From an uncultured Bacteroidaceae bacterium (lineage in GTDB: Bacteria; Bacillota; Clostridia; Christensenellales; CAG-917): a stretch of DNA of 64,000 bases. Of the stretch, positions 33,626 to 42,834 are shown one piece after another (the first letter of the stretch is position 1; each line of letters begins with the position of its first letter). The notes below the pieces were generated by a model. It had not been told where the DNA came from. It ran no database searches and worked only from the letters and a program-made list of their open reading frames with translations. The DNA lies in contig CAZJZV010000001.1 of NCBI GenBank assembly GCA_964550635.1, positions 103,913 through 167,912 on the forward strand. Direction: 5' to 3'. Position numbers and translations under genes: made by a program.

Positions 33626-35050
33626 TTAGTCCTCGGGTTGTTCCGCTTTTTTAGTGGTTTTTTTGGTTGCTTTTTTGGCGGGAGCTTTCTTCTCTGCCTT
33701 TTCTTCTTTCTCGTCCTCGACCTTGCCTACGGGTGCCGCGGCGGGTTTCTTGGTGGACGCTTTCACGACTGCGGGATTGGCTTCTTTGAGGGTCGCCATG
33801 AGTTTGTCCGAAAGAATTTGATTGACGAGATAGTCGATTTGTTCTTTGCGGAGAGTCTTCTTGAAGTCTTCGAGGCTCTTGCCTGCTTCTTCTGCGGCTT
33901 TTGCGAGTTTCTCGTCGATTTCGCTATCCGCGAATTTAAGGTCTTCGACTTTCACGATTTGTTCCATGACAAGACGGACTTTGACGCTTCTTTCGGCTTG
34001 TTCTTTGTATTCGCCTTTGAGTTGGTCCTTGGTGAGTCCGACGTAGCCGAGATAATCGTCGAGTTTGATACCTTGATACATAAGGCGGTATTCAAATTCA
34101 TTCACCATATCTTCGACTTCGTTGTCGATCATGACTTCGGGGATTTCTACGGTTGCGTTTGCGACGATGGTTTCGATGAGTTCGTCTTCATACGCTCTTT
34201 CCGCCGCTTGTTCCGCTTCTGCTTTAAGTTTATTTTTGACGTCCTCTTTGTATTCTGCAAGAGTATCGAATTCGGATGCGTCTTTTGCGAAATCGTCGTC
34301 GAGCGCGGGGACTTCTTTCACTTTGACTGCGTGAACGTCGCATTCAAAGGTTGCTTCTTTGCCTTTGAGTTCTTCCGCGTGATAGTCTTCGGGGAAGGTG
34401 ACTTTGACTGCAACGTGGTCGCCTGCTTTCGCGCCTACGAGTTGCTCTTCGAAACCGGGAATGAATTGACCACTGCCGAGTTCGAGTTCGTAGTTGTTTG
34501 CCGCACCGCCGTCGAATGCGTTGCCGTCGACGTAGCCGGTGAAGTCGATTTCGACGATATTGCCGTTTTGAGCCGCTTCTTCGACGTCGATAAGACGCGC
34601 TTGTTTTTGACGGTTTTCTTCGACTGCTTCGTCAACTTGTTTTGCAGTGACTTTTTCCACTTTCTTGGAAACGGATAAGCCTTTGTATTGTCCGAGAACG
34701 ACTTGGGGTTTCACGGTCACGAAAAGAGTGAAAGTCGCACCGCCGTCTTCTTTGAAATCGAAAGCGGTAAGTTCGGGTTGGGCAACGACGTCGAGGTCGG
34801 ATTCTTTTTGGAGCGCTTCGCCGTAGGCTTCGGGTATAACGATATCCATTGCGTCCTCATAAAATACCTCTTTTCCGTAAATTCCTTCGATAACTTTCAT
34901 AGGAACGTGTCCTTTTCTGAAGCCTTGAATTTGGAACTTATGTTTCGTTTTCTGATAGGCTTCTTTGACAGCGTTGTCAAAGGTCGTTGCGTCTACGTCA
35001 AAGACGAGTTTCACTTGGCTTTTTTCAAGTTTTTCAACTGTATAACTCAT
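33626..35050 (-). CDS. tig: Trigger factor, with ~45-aa K/A/E-rich C-terminal tail
   Basis: Starts MSYTVEKLEKSQVKLVFDV, with the ribosome-binding motif GFRKGHVP. SD GGAGGacaaATG at 35050. Confidence 0.92.
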   Translation of the reverse strand: MSYTVEKLEKSQVKLVFDVDATTFDNAVKEAYQKTKHKFQIQGFRKGHVPMKVIEGIYGKEVFYEDAMDIVIPEAYGEALQKESDLDVVAQPELTAFDFKEDGGATFTLFVTVKPQVVLGQYKGLSVSKKVEKVTAKQVDEAVEENRQKQARLIDVEEAAQNGNIVEIDFTGYVDGNAFDGGAANNYELELGSGQFIPGFEEQLVGAKAGDHVAVKVTFPEDYHAEELKGKEATFECDVHAVKVKEVPALDDDFAKDASEFDTLAEYKEDVKNKLKAEAEQAAERAYEDELIETIVANATVEIPEVMIDNEVEDMVNEFEYRLMYQGIKLDDYLGYVGLTKDQLKGEYKEQAERSVKVRLVMEQIVKVEDLKFADSEIDEKLAKAAEEAGKSLEDFKKTLRKEQIDYLVNQILSDKLMATLKEANPAVVKASTKKPAAAPVGKVEDEKEEKAEKKAPAKKATKKTTKKAEQPED

Positions 35051-35099
35051 TTGTCCTCCATGCGCTAAATGCGCTTGCGTTATTTCATAAGTATTAAAG

Positions 35100-35128
35100 A
35101 GTATATCATACGAACAAATAAATTGCAA
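35100..35128 (-). promoter_or_regulatory. Sigma-A-type promoter for tig (TTGCAA-N17-(TGa)TATACT)
   Basis: On the minus strand, TTGCAA is at 35128-35123 and TATACT at 35105-35100. Confidence 0.5.
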
Positions 35129-35184
35129 TAGAAATTTTAGTCAAATTAAGAGTGCAAAATTCAGGCGAAAAATGAAAGATAGTG

Positions 35185-35212
35185 TTGTGAAAACGCGGTT
35201 TTGGTGTATAAT
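35185..35212 (+). promoter_or_regulatory. Promoter abutting the start codon: TTGTGA-N16-TATAAT-N6-ATG
   Basis: TATAAT at 35207-35212, ATG at 35219, no SD. This predicts a leaderless rqcH mRNA. Confidence 0.45.
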
Positions 35213-35218
35213 GGTCGT

Positions 35219-36916
35219 ATGGGCAGCGATCTTTTGACTTTATCCGCCCTTGCAAACGAGCTAAATCGCAGTATCGCAGGCGGAAGAATTGACAAAATCG
35301 TCCAACCGGACGCGGACGAAGTGAGGTTTTATCTGAGAGCAAACGGAAAAAACCTCTGTCTTTGCGCGTCTTGCAACGCGGGTGCGCCCCGTTTGCACCT
35401 GACGACGAGCAAAAAACCTAATCCCGTCACCGCCCCTGCCCTTTGTATGCTTCTCCGAAAACACCTGTCCGTTGCGACGATAACCGACGTTTCGGTCTAC
35501 AACTCCGACCGCATAATAAAAATCACTTTCAGTGCAAGGACGGAGATGAAAGACGATGCGACCTACTATCTTTTCATCGAAATAATGAACAGATATAGCA
35601 ACGTTGTTTTCACGGACGGAAATCTCATTATTCTCGATGCGGTCAAGCATCTTCCCCTTGACGTTGCTCGCGATCACGTCGTGTTGCGCGGAGTGCGTTA
35701 CGAACCCGTCGGACAAGCAAAAACCAGTTATCTAACCGACTATTATTCCGTATTCGACGATTTCAACGGCGGTGATTTGCACAAGTTTATCATCGACAAA
35801 ATTTCAGGTTTTTCGGGAGTTACCGTATCAGAGATTTTGGCGCGAGCAGGACTCAAAGCAGACCACGCGGAACCGCTTTCAAAGGATGAATTGACCGCCC
35901 TTTTGAAAGTCATCGACGAACAGAAAAACGTCAATTCTCAACCCTATTTCAGTCCCTGCGTCATAGGCGGAAAGGAAGTCTATCCCTACGACTACTCTGT
36001 TTTGAGCGGTGAAAAAGTATTTTATCCCACAATGAGCGAAGCGTTTGACGCACTCTACTCGAAAACGGATGCGGACATTCGAAACAAAGCGCGACTCAAA
36101 ACCCTTGCAACCGCGGTAAAACACCTGAAAGCAAGAGTTGAAAAAAATATCAAAACGGATATCGAGCGACTCGAAGAGTGCAAAAATATGGAAAGTTTCC
36201 GTGTGAAAGGCGAACTCATCGTCGCAAATATCTATCGCATCAAAAAGGGGGACGAAACTCTAATCTGCGACGACTACTACACGGGTGAAAAGGTTACGAT
36301 TGCGCTCGATACGATGCTCACACCGTCGGGAAATTCCACATTTTATTATACAAAGTATAATAAACTCAAACGCCAAAAGGAGTTCACCGAAAAAAAACTG
36401 ACCGACGACAAACGACTTCTCGAATACGTTTTGTCCGTTGAAAAGGAAATCGAAACTCTCCCCTACGACCAATCTTATGCGGGAATCGAAGAAGAACTCG
36501 AACGACTCGGTGCGGTGAAGAAAAAATCGCAAAAAGGAAAAGTCCGCAAAGAAAAACCAGAACCACCTATAACCTACGAATATAACGGTTTCACCATTCT
36601 CAAAGGACACAACAATCTGCAAAACGACGAATTGACTTTCCGCATCGCATCGTCAAGCGACGTGTGGTTCCATATCAAAAACGGACACGGCGCACACGTC
36701 ATAGTCCTGACCGAAGGAAAGTCCCTACCCGACGACGTAATCAAGGTTGCGAGCGAGATTGCCGCGTCAAGCGAAAGCGGAAGCGTTGACGTCGACTACA
36801 CCGAAAGACGCAACGTGAAACGCCAACCGAACGGACATCCGGGGCAAGTGATTTACGTCAATTACAAGACTGCAAAGGTTGAACCGAACGCTCACGAAAA
36901 ACTGTTGATAAAATGA
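35219..36916 (+). CDS. rqcH: Ribosome quality-control factor RqcH (NFACT / FbpA family)
   Basis: N-terminus MGSDLLTLSALANELNRSIAGGRIDKIVQP and the C-terminal NFACT-R region (WFHIKNGHGAHVIV). I chose the ATG at 35219 over the TTG at 35201. Confidence 0.85.
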   Translation: MGSDLLTLSALANELNRSIAGGRIDKIVQPDADEVRFYLRANGKNLCLCASCNAGAPRLHLTTSKKPNPVTAPALCMLLRKHLSVATITDVSVYNSDRIIKITFSARTEMKDDATYYLFIEIMNRYSNVVFTDGNLIILDAVKHLPLDVARDHVVLRGVRYEPVGQAKTSYLTDYYSVFDDFNGGDLHKFIIDKISGFSGVTVSEILARAGLKADHAEPLSKDELTALLKVIDEQKNVNSQPYFSPCVIGGKEVYPYDYSVLSGEKVFYPTMSEAFDALYSKTDADIRNKARLKTLATAVKHLKARVEKNIKTDIERLEECKNMESFRVKGELIVANIYRIKKGDETLICDDYYTGEKVTIALDTMLTPSGNSTFYYTKYNKLKRQKEFTEKKLTDDKRLLEYVLSVEKEIETLPYDQSYAGIEEELERLGAVKKKSQKGKVRKEKPEPPITYEYNGFTILKGHNNLQNDELTFRIASSSDVWFHIKNGHGAHVIVLTEGKSLPDDVIKVASEIAASSESGSVDVDYTERRNVKRQPNGHPGQVIYVNYKTAKVEPNAHEKLLIK

Positions 36917-36920
36917 GAAA

Positions 36921-36954
36921 ACGGCAAAACCATTTCAAAATTTGCCGTTTTTTA
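36921..36954 (+). terminator. Intrinsic terminator after rqcH
   Basis: ACGGCAAA-(12-nt loop)-TTTGCCGT followed by TTTTTT. Confidence 0.65.
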
Positions 36955-36978
36955 GAATACTTTTTCAGAAAATCCACA

Positions 36979-37890
36979 CTAATCAGTGGATTTTTTCATT
37001 TTGCGCAACTTCTCAATGACGTCGATGAAATACTGTGGCAAATCGCATTCAAAGGTCATATCTTTACCCGTCACCGGATGAGTCAAACGCAATTCTTTTG
37101 CGTGAAGAAGTTGCCCGTTTTTGTATAGCGCGGTCGATCCGCCGTAGACGGTATCCCCCACAATCGGATGATGCAATGAAGACGCGTGCACTCTGATTTG
37201 ATGAGTCCTACCCGTTTCAAGTTCAAAGCGAACAAGCGTATATTTCCCGAAACGTTCCAAAACTTCGTAGTGCGTGACCGCCCTGCGCCCGTCTTGGTCG
37301 ATTGCCATTTTCTTTCTGTCTTTCTTGTTTCTTGCAATGGGAGCGTCAACCGTGCCGCTATCTTCTTTGAAATTGCCGTCGCAGAGTCCGAAGTATATTC
37401 TTCTTGCGGTTTTTCTTTCAATCTGTCCTGCAAGGCTTTTGTGCGCTTCGTCGTTTTTCGCGACGACAATTAGCCCCGAAGTGTCCTTATCAAGTCTATG
37501 CACGATACCGGGGCGAATGACTCCGTTTATCGAACTCAAATTGTCAAGGTCTGCAAGAAGAGCGTTGACGAGCGTATCGTTGCCGTGATAACTGCTTGCG
37601 GGATGCACGACCATTCCCTGCGGTTTGTTGATGACAGCGAAACTGTCGTCTTGATAGACGATGTCGAGTTTTATCTCTGCATTCGGGGTTACGTCAAGCA
37701 TTTTCGGCTCGGGAACGACGAAATCGACCTCGTCACCGACTTTCAATTCAAAACCGCTTTTAGTCTTTTTGACTCCGTTGACAAGCGCGCCGTCACTTTC
37801 GATGATTGTCTTTGCATTTGAACGAGAAATACCGCACTCACGTGCCAAAAAGTTGTCAAGTCTAATATTTTCAGACGCTACGTATCTCAT
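36979..37890 (-). CDS. rluD: RluA/RluD-family 23S rRNA pseudouridine synthase
   Basis: S4 domain plus HRLDKDTSGLIVVAK and TGRTHQIRVH. Confidence 0.9.
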   Translation of the reverse strand: MRYVASENIRLDNFLARECGISRSNAKTIIESDGALVNGVKKTKSGFELKVGDEVDFVVPEPKMLDVTPNAEIKLDIVYQDDSFAVINKPQGMVVHPASSYHGNDTLVNALLADLDNLSSINGVIRPGIVHRLDKDTSGLIVVAKNDEAHKSLAGQIERKTARRIYFGLCDGNFKEDSGTVDAPIARNKKDRKKMAIDQDGRRAVTHYEVLERFGKYTLVRFELETGRTHQIRVHASSLHHPIVGDTVYGGSTALYKNGQLLHAKELRLTHPVTGKDMTFECDLPQYFIDVIEKLRKMKKSTD

Positions 37891-38810
37891 TTGTCCGTAT
37901 CGTCCACGCTTTCGATAGAATAAGATTTTGCGGAATTATCTTCCTTTTCGTCCGCACTTTCAATGGTGAAAGACTGCTTTTCTCCGCTTGAAACGCTTGT
38001 ATTATCATCAAACGGACTACGGTTATCCGCATTGCCGTTTTCGGTGTTTTGAGCGGTTAGATTATCGTTTTCGTCCGTCTTGACGTTTTCATCTGTTGCG
38101 ATTTGGAACTCTTCTTCATCGTCATCGAGTCCCGGCACAACGAATTTGATAACCATTTCTTCTTCGTCGTCGTTTTCTTCGCTCTCTTCGTTTTTCTTGC
38201 TCGGCTTGAAAATCTGCACGACAAGATAGATGATGAGAAGAATTGCGCCCACCGTCACGAATGAATCCGCAACGTTGAAGACCGCAAAATCCACAAACGT
38301 AAACTTGAAAAAGTCCCTGACAGCGCCGATTGCGATTCTGTCCACGAGATTGCCTATTCCGCCACCCGCTATCATAACGAGAGGCACGCGCAAAAATTCG
38401 CTATCCTTGTGATAGACGGTGAGATAAGCAAGAAGTGCGACTATGACGATTGCGGTGATGACGATAAGCCCTGTCGTGCCGTCCTTCATCATGCCGAATC
38501 CCATACCCGTATTCAAGGAATATTCAAGGTCGAGAAAGCCTTTTATTGCAGTGAAATCAATATATTCCGCCTTTGAATAAGTAAGTCCGTGATTGATATA
38601 CCATTCCGCGCCGTTTTCTTCGCACAAGAAACGAAGAAGATATTTTTTGGAGAGCAAGTCCCCTACGATTATCACCGCAAGCAACAATATTTCAAGCAAA
38701 AACGGCAAAAGTTTCAACAAATGCTCTTTGTCGAAACGGAAGTTTTTGATTTCTTCTTTGATTTTTCCGAAGTCAATCAGTGGTTTTTTATTTTGTTTTT
38801 CGTTTGTCAT
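37887..38810 (-). CDS. lspA: Lipoprotein signal peptidase II with ~105-aa acidic C-terminal extension
   Basis: Motifs NTGMGFG and FNVADSFVTVG. The core is about 190 aa, followed by an E/D/N/S-rich tail. Confidence 0.8.
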   Translation of the reverse strand: MTNEKQNKKPLIDFGKIKEEIKNFRFDKEHLLKLLPFLLEILLLAVIIVGDLLSKKYLLRFLCEENGAEWYINHGLTYSKAEYIDFTAIKGFLDLEYSLNTGMGFGMMKDGTTGLIVITAIVIVALLAYLTVYHKDSEFLRVPLVMIAGGGIGNLVDRIAIGAVRDFFKFTFVDFAVFNVADSFVTVGAILLIIYLVVQIFKPSKKNEESEENDDEEEMVIKFVVPGLDDDEEEFQIATDENVKTDENDNLTAQNTENGNADNRSPFDDNTSVSSGEKQSFTIESADEKEDNSAKSYSIESVDDTDK

Positions 38811-39472
38811 ACGTAACGTCTTTCTCCGAAAAGGACTCTGCCTAGTCTTATCATATTGGATTTGTGGCGGAGTGCGACTTGATAATCTCCGCTCATACCT
38901 GCGGACAGATATTTCGCTTCGAGGTTAGGTTGTTTGATTTCGCGCACTTCGTCGAAAAGGTCGTCGAGTCGAGAATAAAGTCCGTCGAGCGCGGGAGTAT
39001 CTCCGAGATTTGGCAAAACGGACATTATGCCTTCGATTTTTATATGCGGATATTTTTCGAGAGAGCGGATGAAATCGTACGCATTTTCAGGCGCAACACC
39101 GCCCTTCGTGATTTCCGCACCCATATTGATTTCGACAAGACAAGGTATAATAATATCCCTTTTTCCGCCCTGTTTTTCAATTTCTTTCGCAAGGTCGTCG
39201 CGGTCGAGAGAATGGATAAGACTCACTTTGTCCGCGATATATTTGACTTTGTTCGTTTGAAGTTGCCCGATGAAATGCCAATCGTAGCGTTCATCGTACT
39301 TGTCGACGAGTTCCTGCACTCTGTTTTCGCCGAGAATGACGTCGGGCGCAAGTGAATGAAACTCATCCACGGTTTCTTTTGTTTGGGTTTTCGTTGCGGC
39401 GATGATTTTGACGTCGCGACCGAGAGCCTTGATTTCTCGTCTTACTTCGTCAAGTTTATCGATATAAATCAT
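38807..39472 (-). CDS. ylmE: YggS/YlmE-family PLP-binding (PLP homeostasis) protein
   Basis: Contains IIAATKTQ (PLP lysine), WHFIGQLQTNKVK and LSAGMSGDY. Confidence 0.88.
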   Translation of the reverse strand: MIYIDKLDEVRREIKALGRDVKIIAATKTQTKETVDEFHSLAPDVILGENRVQELVDKYDERYDWHFIGQLQTNKVKYIADKVSLIHSLDRDDLAKEIEKQGGKRDIIIPCLVEINMGAEITKGGVAPENAYDFIRSLEKYPHIKIEGIMSVLPNLGDTPALDGLYSRLDDLFDEVREIKQPNLEAKYLSAGMSGDYQVALRHKSNMIRLGRVLFGERRYV

Positions 39473-41145
39473 TTTATGACCTCTACGCTATTCTCGCCCG
39501 TGAGATTGTTGTATACAAATCTCTGTTTCACGCCGTTTTCGACGTAGACGATTTCGATATGCTCGTCGTCGATATACTCGGCGGAAAGCACTTGTCCGTC
39601 GAATTTTTCATATGATTTCTTGAGAATTTCGACTTTTTCATCGTCGTACGCGCCCACGTTGTCGCTGACAAACAAAACCGAGCCGAACGTGTTGTTGACT
39701 TTTGCAAGCAACTTCTTTTGCGCCATACTGAATTTTGCGGGTTTCATACCGTCGTCGCGTAGGAAGAACACGTCGGGATCGTTTGCGAAAATTCTGCCGT
39801 TCAGGTGACGGCGGAAAATGGTGTTATTCATTGCGTTTTTGGCGGAAATTATCTCTTGATTGGTGACTTTCACGTACCATTTCTCTTTGAAAGAAAGTTC
39901 CACGTCGCAACTGATTCTGCACGCGTCCACCTTTCCGAAACTTGCGCCGAGAGGCACTCCGCAACCGAGAATGATTTTATCCTTGCAACATTCGCGCAAA
40001 AATTCCATTGCTTCGCACATCAACTGCCCTCTCGACTTGTTGTATGCGGGCAAAATCGCTACTGAATAAAGGAAATCGAGCTTGACCATATCGTAGCCCC
40101 ATTCGTCGAAAACGACGTTGAAGACCTTGCGGATATAGTCCTTGACTTCTTCCTTTTCGATATCGAGAACGTAGAAACCGTTCCAAGACATACCGCCGAT
40201 GAGAAGTTTGCCTTTCTTGTCGCGGATGAACCAATCGGGATGCTCTTTGACGATATTCGCTTTGAACTCTGCGGCGAAAGGCGCAAGCCAAATGCCCGCC
40301 TTATATCCTTTTTTGTGGATTTCGTCCGCGATATGCGCCATACCGCCGGGGAATTTTTCGGGATCGACGTTGAGCCAATCCCCGACTTTGCTCTCATAAC
40401 CGTCGTCGATTTGGAAAATATTCGCACCGGCGCCCACTTTTGCATGGAGTCCTTCAAGGTCGCGTAAAACTATATCTTCGGTTATGTTTTGGAAGTAGTT
40501 ATACCAAGAAGTGTAACCTTCAAAATGATCAACTCTGCCCGTACTCTTTTCGGGATATTCCGCAAAATACGCATCGAAAACTTCGTCGTAAGTGCCAACG
40601 TGTTGGGTGACGTTGAAAATCTCGTAATCACCGAGAATTGTCACGCCTTCAAGGTCCTTCTCGATTGCGAAAACGTGTTCTCTGACGTCCGCATAGAAAA
40701 TCGTGTAACCGCTCTTTTCGTTGAGCGTGCCGAAAAGTTCGCACTTGTCGCCGTGACGAAGGTAGGTGTACGTGTGGGAATGGAACAAATCTTTGCCGTA
40801 TTCCGTGAAATCGTAGTCACCCGACGGACCCGCAAATTTGCGCGCAATAGTCAAAACGTCGCAGGGGAAACGCAAGCCGTATTGTCTATCTCCGATTTTA
40901 TACTCTCTTGCGGTCGTCCAACTCTGATAGCCGTTCGCGAAAAACCATTCCTGACTCTCGAAATAGTGGTCGTAAATGAGTTCCGCAAGCTTGATTTTGA
41001 CGGGCTTTTTGGCGGTCATGGTAATGAGAACGTGGGACTTGTCCCCGCTATCGACAAAAGACAAAACGTCGTCGTTTCCGTGGATGGTCTTTTCCACGCC
41101 GCCGAGTTCGTAGACAACTTTGAGGGTGTAATCTTTGATATTCAT
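39469..41145 (-). CDS. Alpha-galactosidase-like glycoside hydrolase (GH36, short type)
   Basis: Motifs FQIDDGY, KAGIWLAPF, VKLDFLY and NDPDVFFLRD. Confidence 0.7.
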   Translation of the reverse strand: MNIKDYTLKVVYELGGVEKTIHGNDDVLSFVDSGDKSHVLITMTAKKPVKIKLAELIYDHYFESQEWFFANGYQSWTTAREYKIGDRQYGLRFPCDVLTIARKFAGPSGDYDFTEYGKDLFHSHTYTYLRHGDKCELFGTLNEKSGYTIFYADVREHVFAIEKDLEGVTILGDYEIFNVTQHVGTYDEVFDAYFAEYPEKSTGRVDHFEGYTSWYNYFQNITEDIVLRDLEGLHAKVGAGANIFQIDDGYESKVGDWLNVDPEKFPGGMAHIADEIHKKGYKAGIWLAPFAAEFKANIVKEHPDWFIRDKKGKLLIGGMSWNGFYVLDIEKEEVKDYIRKVFNVVFDEWGYDMVKLDFLYSVAILPAYNKSRGQLMCEAMEFLRECCKDKIILGCGVPLGASFGKVDACRISCDVELSFKEKWYVKVTNQEIISAKNAMNNTIFRRHLNGRIFANDPDVFFLRDDGMKPAKFSMAQKKLLAKVNNTFGSVLFVSDNVGAYDDEKVEILKKSYEKFDGQVLSAEYIDDEHIEIVYVENGVKQRFVYNNLTGENSVEVIK

Positions 41146-41275
41146 ATGCGCTCCTTGCGCTACGCGCGTGATTTATACAAAGATTATATCATATACTTTT
41201 GTCAATGTAAACAGCGATTTTGGACAAAATGCCCCGAAAAACGCCGTTTTCAGTTGGTTTTCTGCGGTATATCCG

Positions 41276-41881
41276 CTATTTTTCGATTTTCGCGACGGAC
41301 ACTTCGTAGGCGGTGCGCTCTTCGACGGAGCCGTCGTCGAGCGTTTTTTGATACACTCGCGACTGTATTCTGCCCTCAACTCTCACCCTATCGCCAACCG
41401 AAAAAGTTTCGGCGTATCTTGCGTTTCTGCCCCAAGCGATTGCGGGGATATAATCCGACTTGTTGTACGCGCGATTGACTGCAAGCAGCAAGTCGCATAT
41501 CTCTCGTCCAAAGGGCGTAGTGCGGTATACGGGTTGTTTGCACACGTACCCTTCGATCTCTATATAATTCGGCACGTCGGGATCACATTCTGCAAGTTCC
41601 CTGACGAATACGCGAAGCACGAGTTTACTCTTGCCGTCCGCCATTTTATTGTAGGAGCGCAACTGTCCGCATATGCCTATATCCGCACCTACATCGAGAT
41701 TGTCGCCGATTAGTCGTTCGGAAATCGTAACGGGGATTTCGTCGATTTGACCTGATAATCTCTCGACCGCTACGACAAAGTCGTAGAACCCTTCCCCCAT
41801 AACCTCGTGTGAAAATTCAGGCGTAGTCGCCACTTTACCCGACACGTAAACTCTGTTGTTTTGCATTTGCTCGTAACTCAT
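41276..41881 (-). CDS. SSB-like OB-fold protein (two OB-like halves)
   Basis: 201 aa from the ATG at 41881, with SD AAAGGAG. It resembles Clostridial proteins annotated as single-stranded DNA-binding protein. The upstream 88 codons of the ORF overlap the deacetylase gene. Confidence 0.5.
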   Translation of the reverse strand: MSYEQMQNNRVYVSGKVATTPEFSHEVMGEGFYDFVVAVERLSGQIDEIPVTISERLIGDNLDVGADIGICGQLRSYNKMADGKSKLVLRVFVRELAECDPDVPNYIEIEGYVCKQPVYRTTPFGREICDLLLAVNRAYNKSDYIPAIAWGRNARYAETFSVGDRVRVEGRIQSRVYQKTLDDGSVEERTAYEVSVAKIEK

Positions 41882-41898
41882 ATTTATCTCCTTTGCTT

Positions 41899-42678
41899 TC
41901 AATTCTGTTTGTGTTGGACTCCTTGAGAGTCCGTGTAGTAATTTTCTGTCGCGACCATTTCCGATAACGCAACGAAACGAAAACCTTTTTGTTTCAACCC
42001 TTCGAGCACGATAGGAAGCGCGTCCAAAACGTGGTCGGAATTGTTGTGAAATAGGATTATGTCGCCGCTTTTTGCCTTTGGCAAAACTCTTTCTGCGATT
42101 TGAGAAGCGGAGAGTCCTTTCCAATCGAGAGTATCTATGCTCCACTGCACTCCCGTCATACCCATATCGTCAAGGCAAGTCATCAAAGAATTGTCGTAAT
42201 CGCCGTACGGTGCGCGAAAATATTTCGGTGTTTTCCCCGTCAAGTCGAAGACTTTATCGTTGACGGATTTGATTTCTTCTTCCATTTTCGCTCGTGCAAG
42301 ACGTGGCATATTCAGGTGATTTTCGGAGTGATTGCCAATATCAAGCCCCGAGGAAGCAATCGCCTTGACTTCATCGGGGTATTTATCAATCCAAAACCCC
42401 ACGAGAAAGAAGGTTGCTTTCGCATTATAGTCGTTTAGAATGTCGATTATGCCGAGAGTTTTGTCCGCTCCCCACGCCGCATCAAAGGTCAGTGCGATGA
42501 CTTTTTCATCCCCGCTTTCGACGGAATAGACAGGCACTTTTCTCGTGCTTTCCCCGAAAAACACCTGCGCGGACGAGGTCACTCCCAACCCTGTACACAA
42601 CACCGCAAACAACACCGCTACGGCAATTCCAACGATAATGCTCTTTTTGCCTACGACGACGAACACTCTCCACCTCAA
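41899..42678 (-). CDS. Polysaccharide deacetylase (NodB domain; PdaB-like sporulation type)
   Basis: N-terminal TM segment. Motifs LTFDAAWG, ATFFLVG and HSENH. Confidence 0.8.
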   Translation of the reverse strand: MRWRVFVVVGKKSIIVGIAVAVLFAVLCTGLGVTSSAQVFFGESTRKVPVYSVESGDEKVIALTFDAAWGADKTLGIIDILNDYNAKATFFLVGFWIDKYPDEVKAIASSGLDIGNHSENHLNMPRLARAKMEEEIKSVNDKVFDLTGKTPKYFRAPYGDYDNSLMTCLDDMGMTGVQWSIDTLDWKGLSASQIAERVLPKAKSGDIILFHNNSDHVLDALPIVLEGLKQKGFRFVALSEMVATENYYTDSQGVQHKQN

Positions 42679-42799
42679 TATAAAACTTATTCGCGCTCAC
42701 AATTTGACGTATTTTGTTGCAAGCGTTCGTTTTTCGTCTTATTTACCCTAAATCGTATGCGGTAGGCGGGAGCAATAGAACGTAATTAGGTTCAATCGG

Positions 42800-42827
42800 T
42801 TGACAATTATTTTTATCACATTAAAAT
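42800..42827 (+). promoter_or_regulatory. Promoter abutting the start codon: TTGACA-N16-TAAAAT-N7-ATG
   Basis: TTGACA at 42800-42805, TAAAAT at 42822-42827, ATG at 42835, no SD. Confidence 0.5.
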
Positions 42828-42834
42828 AATTGGT

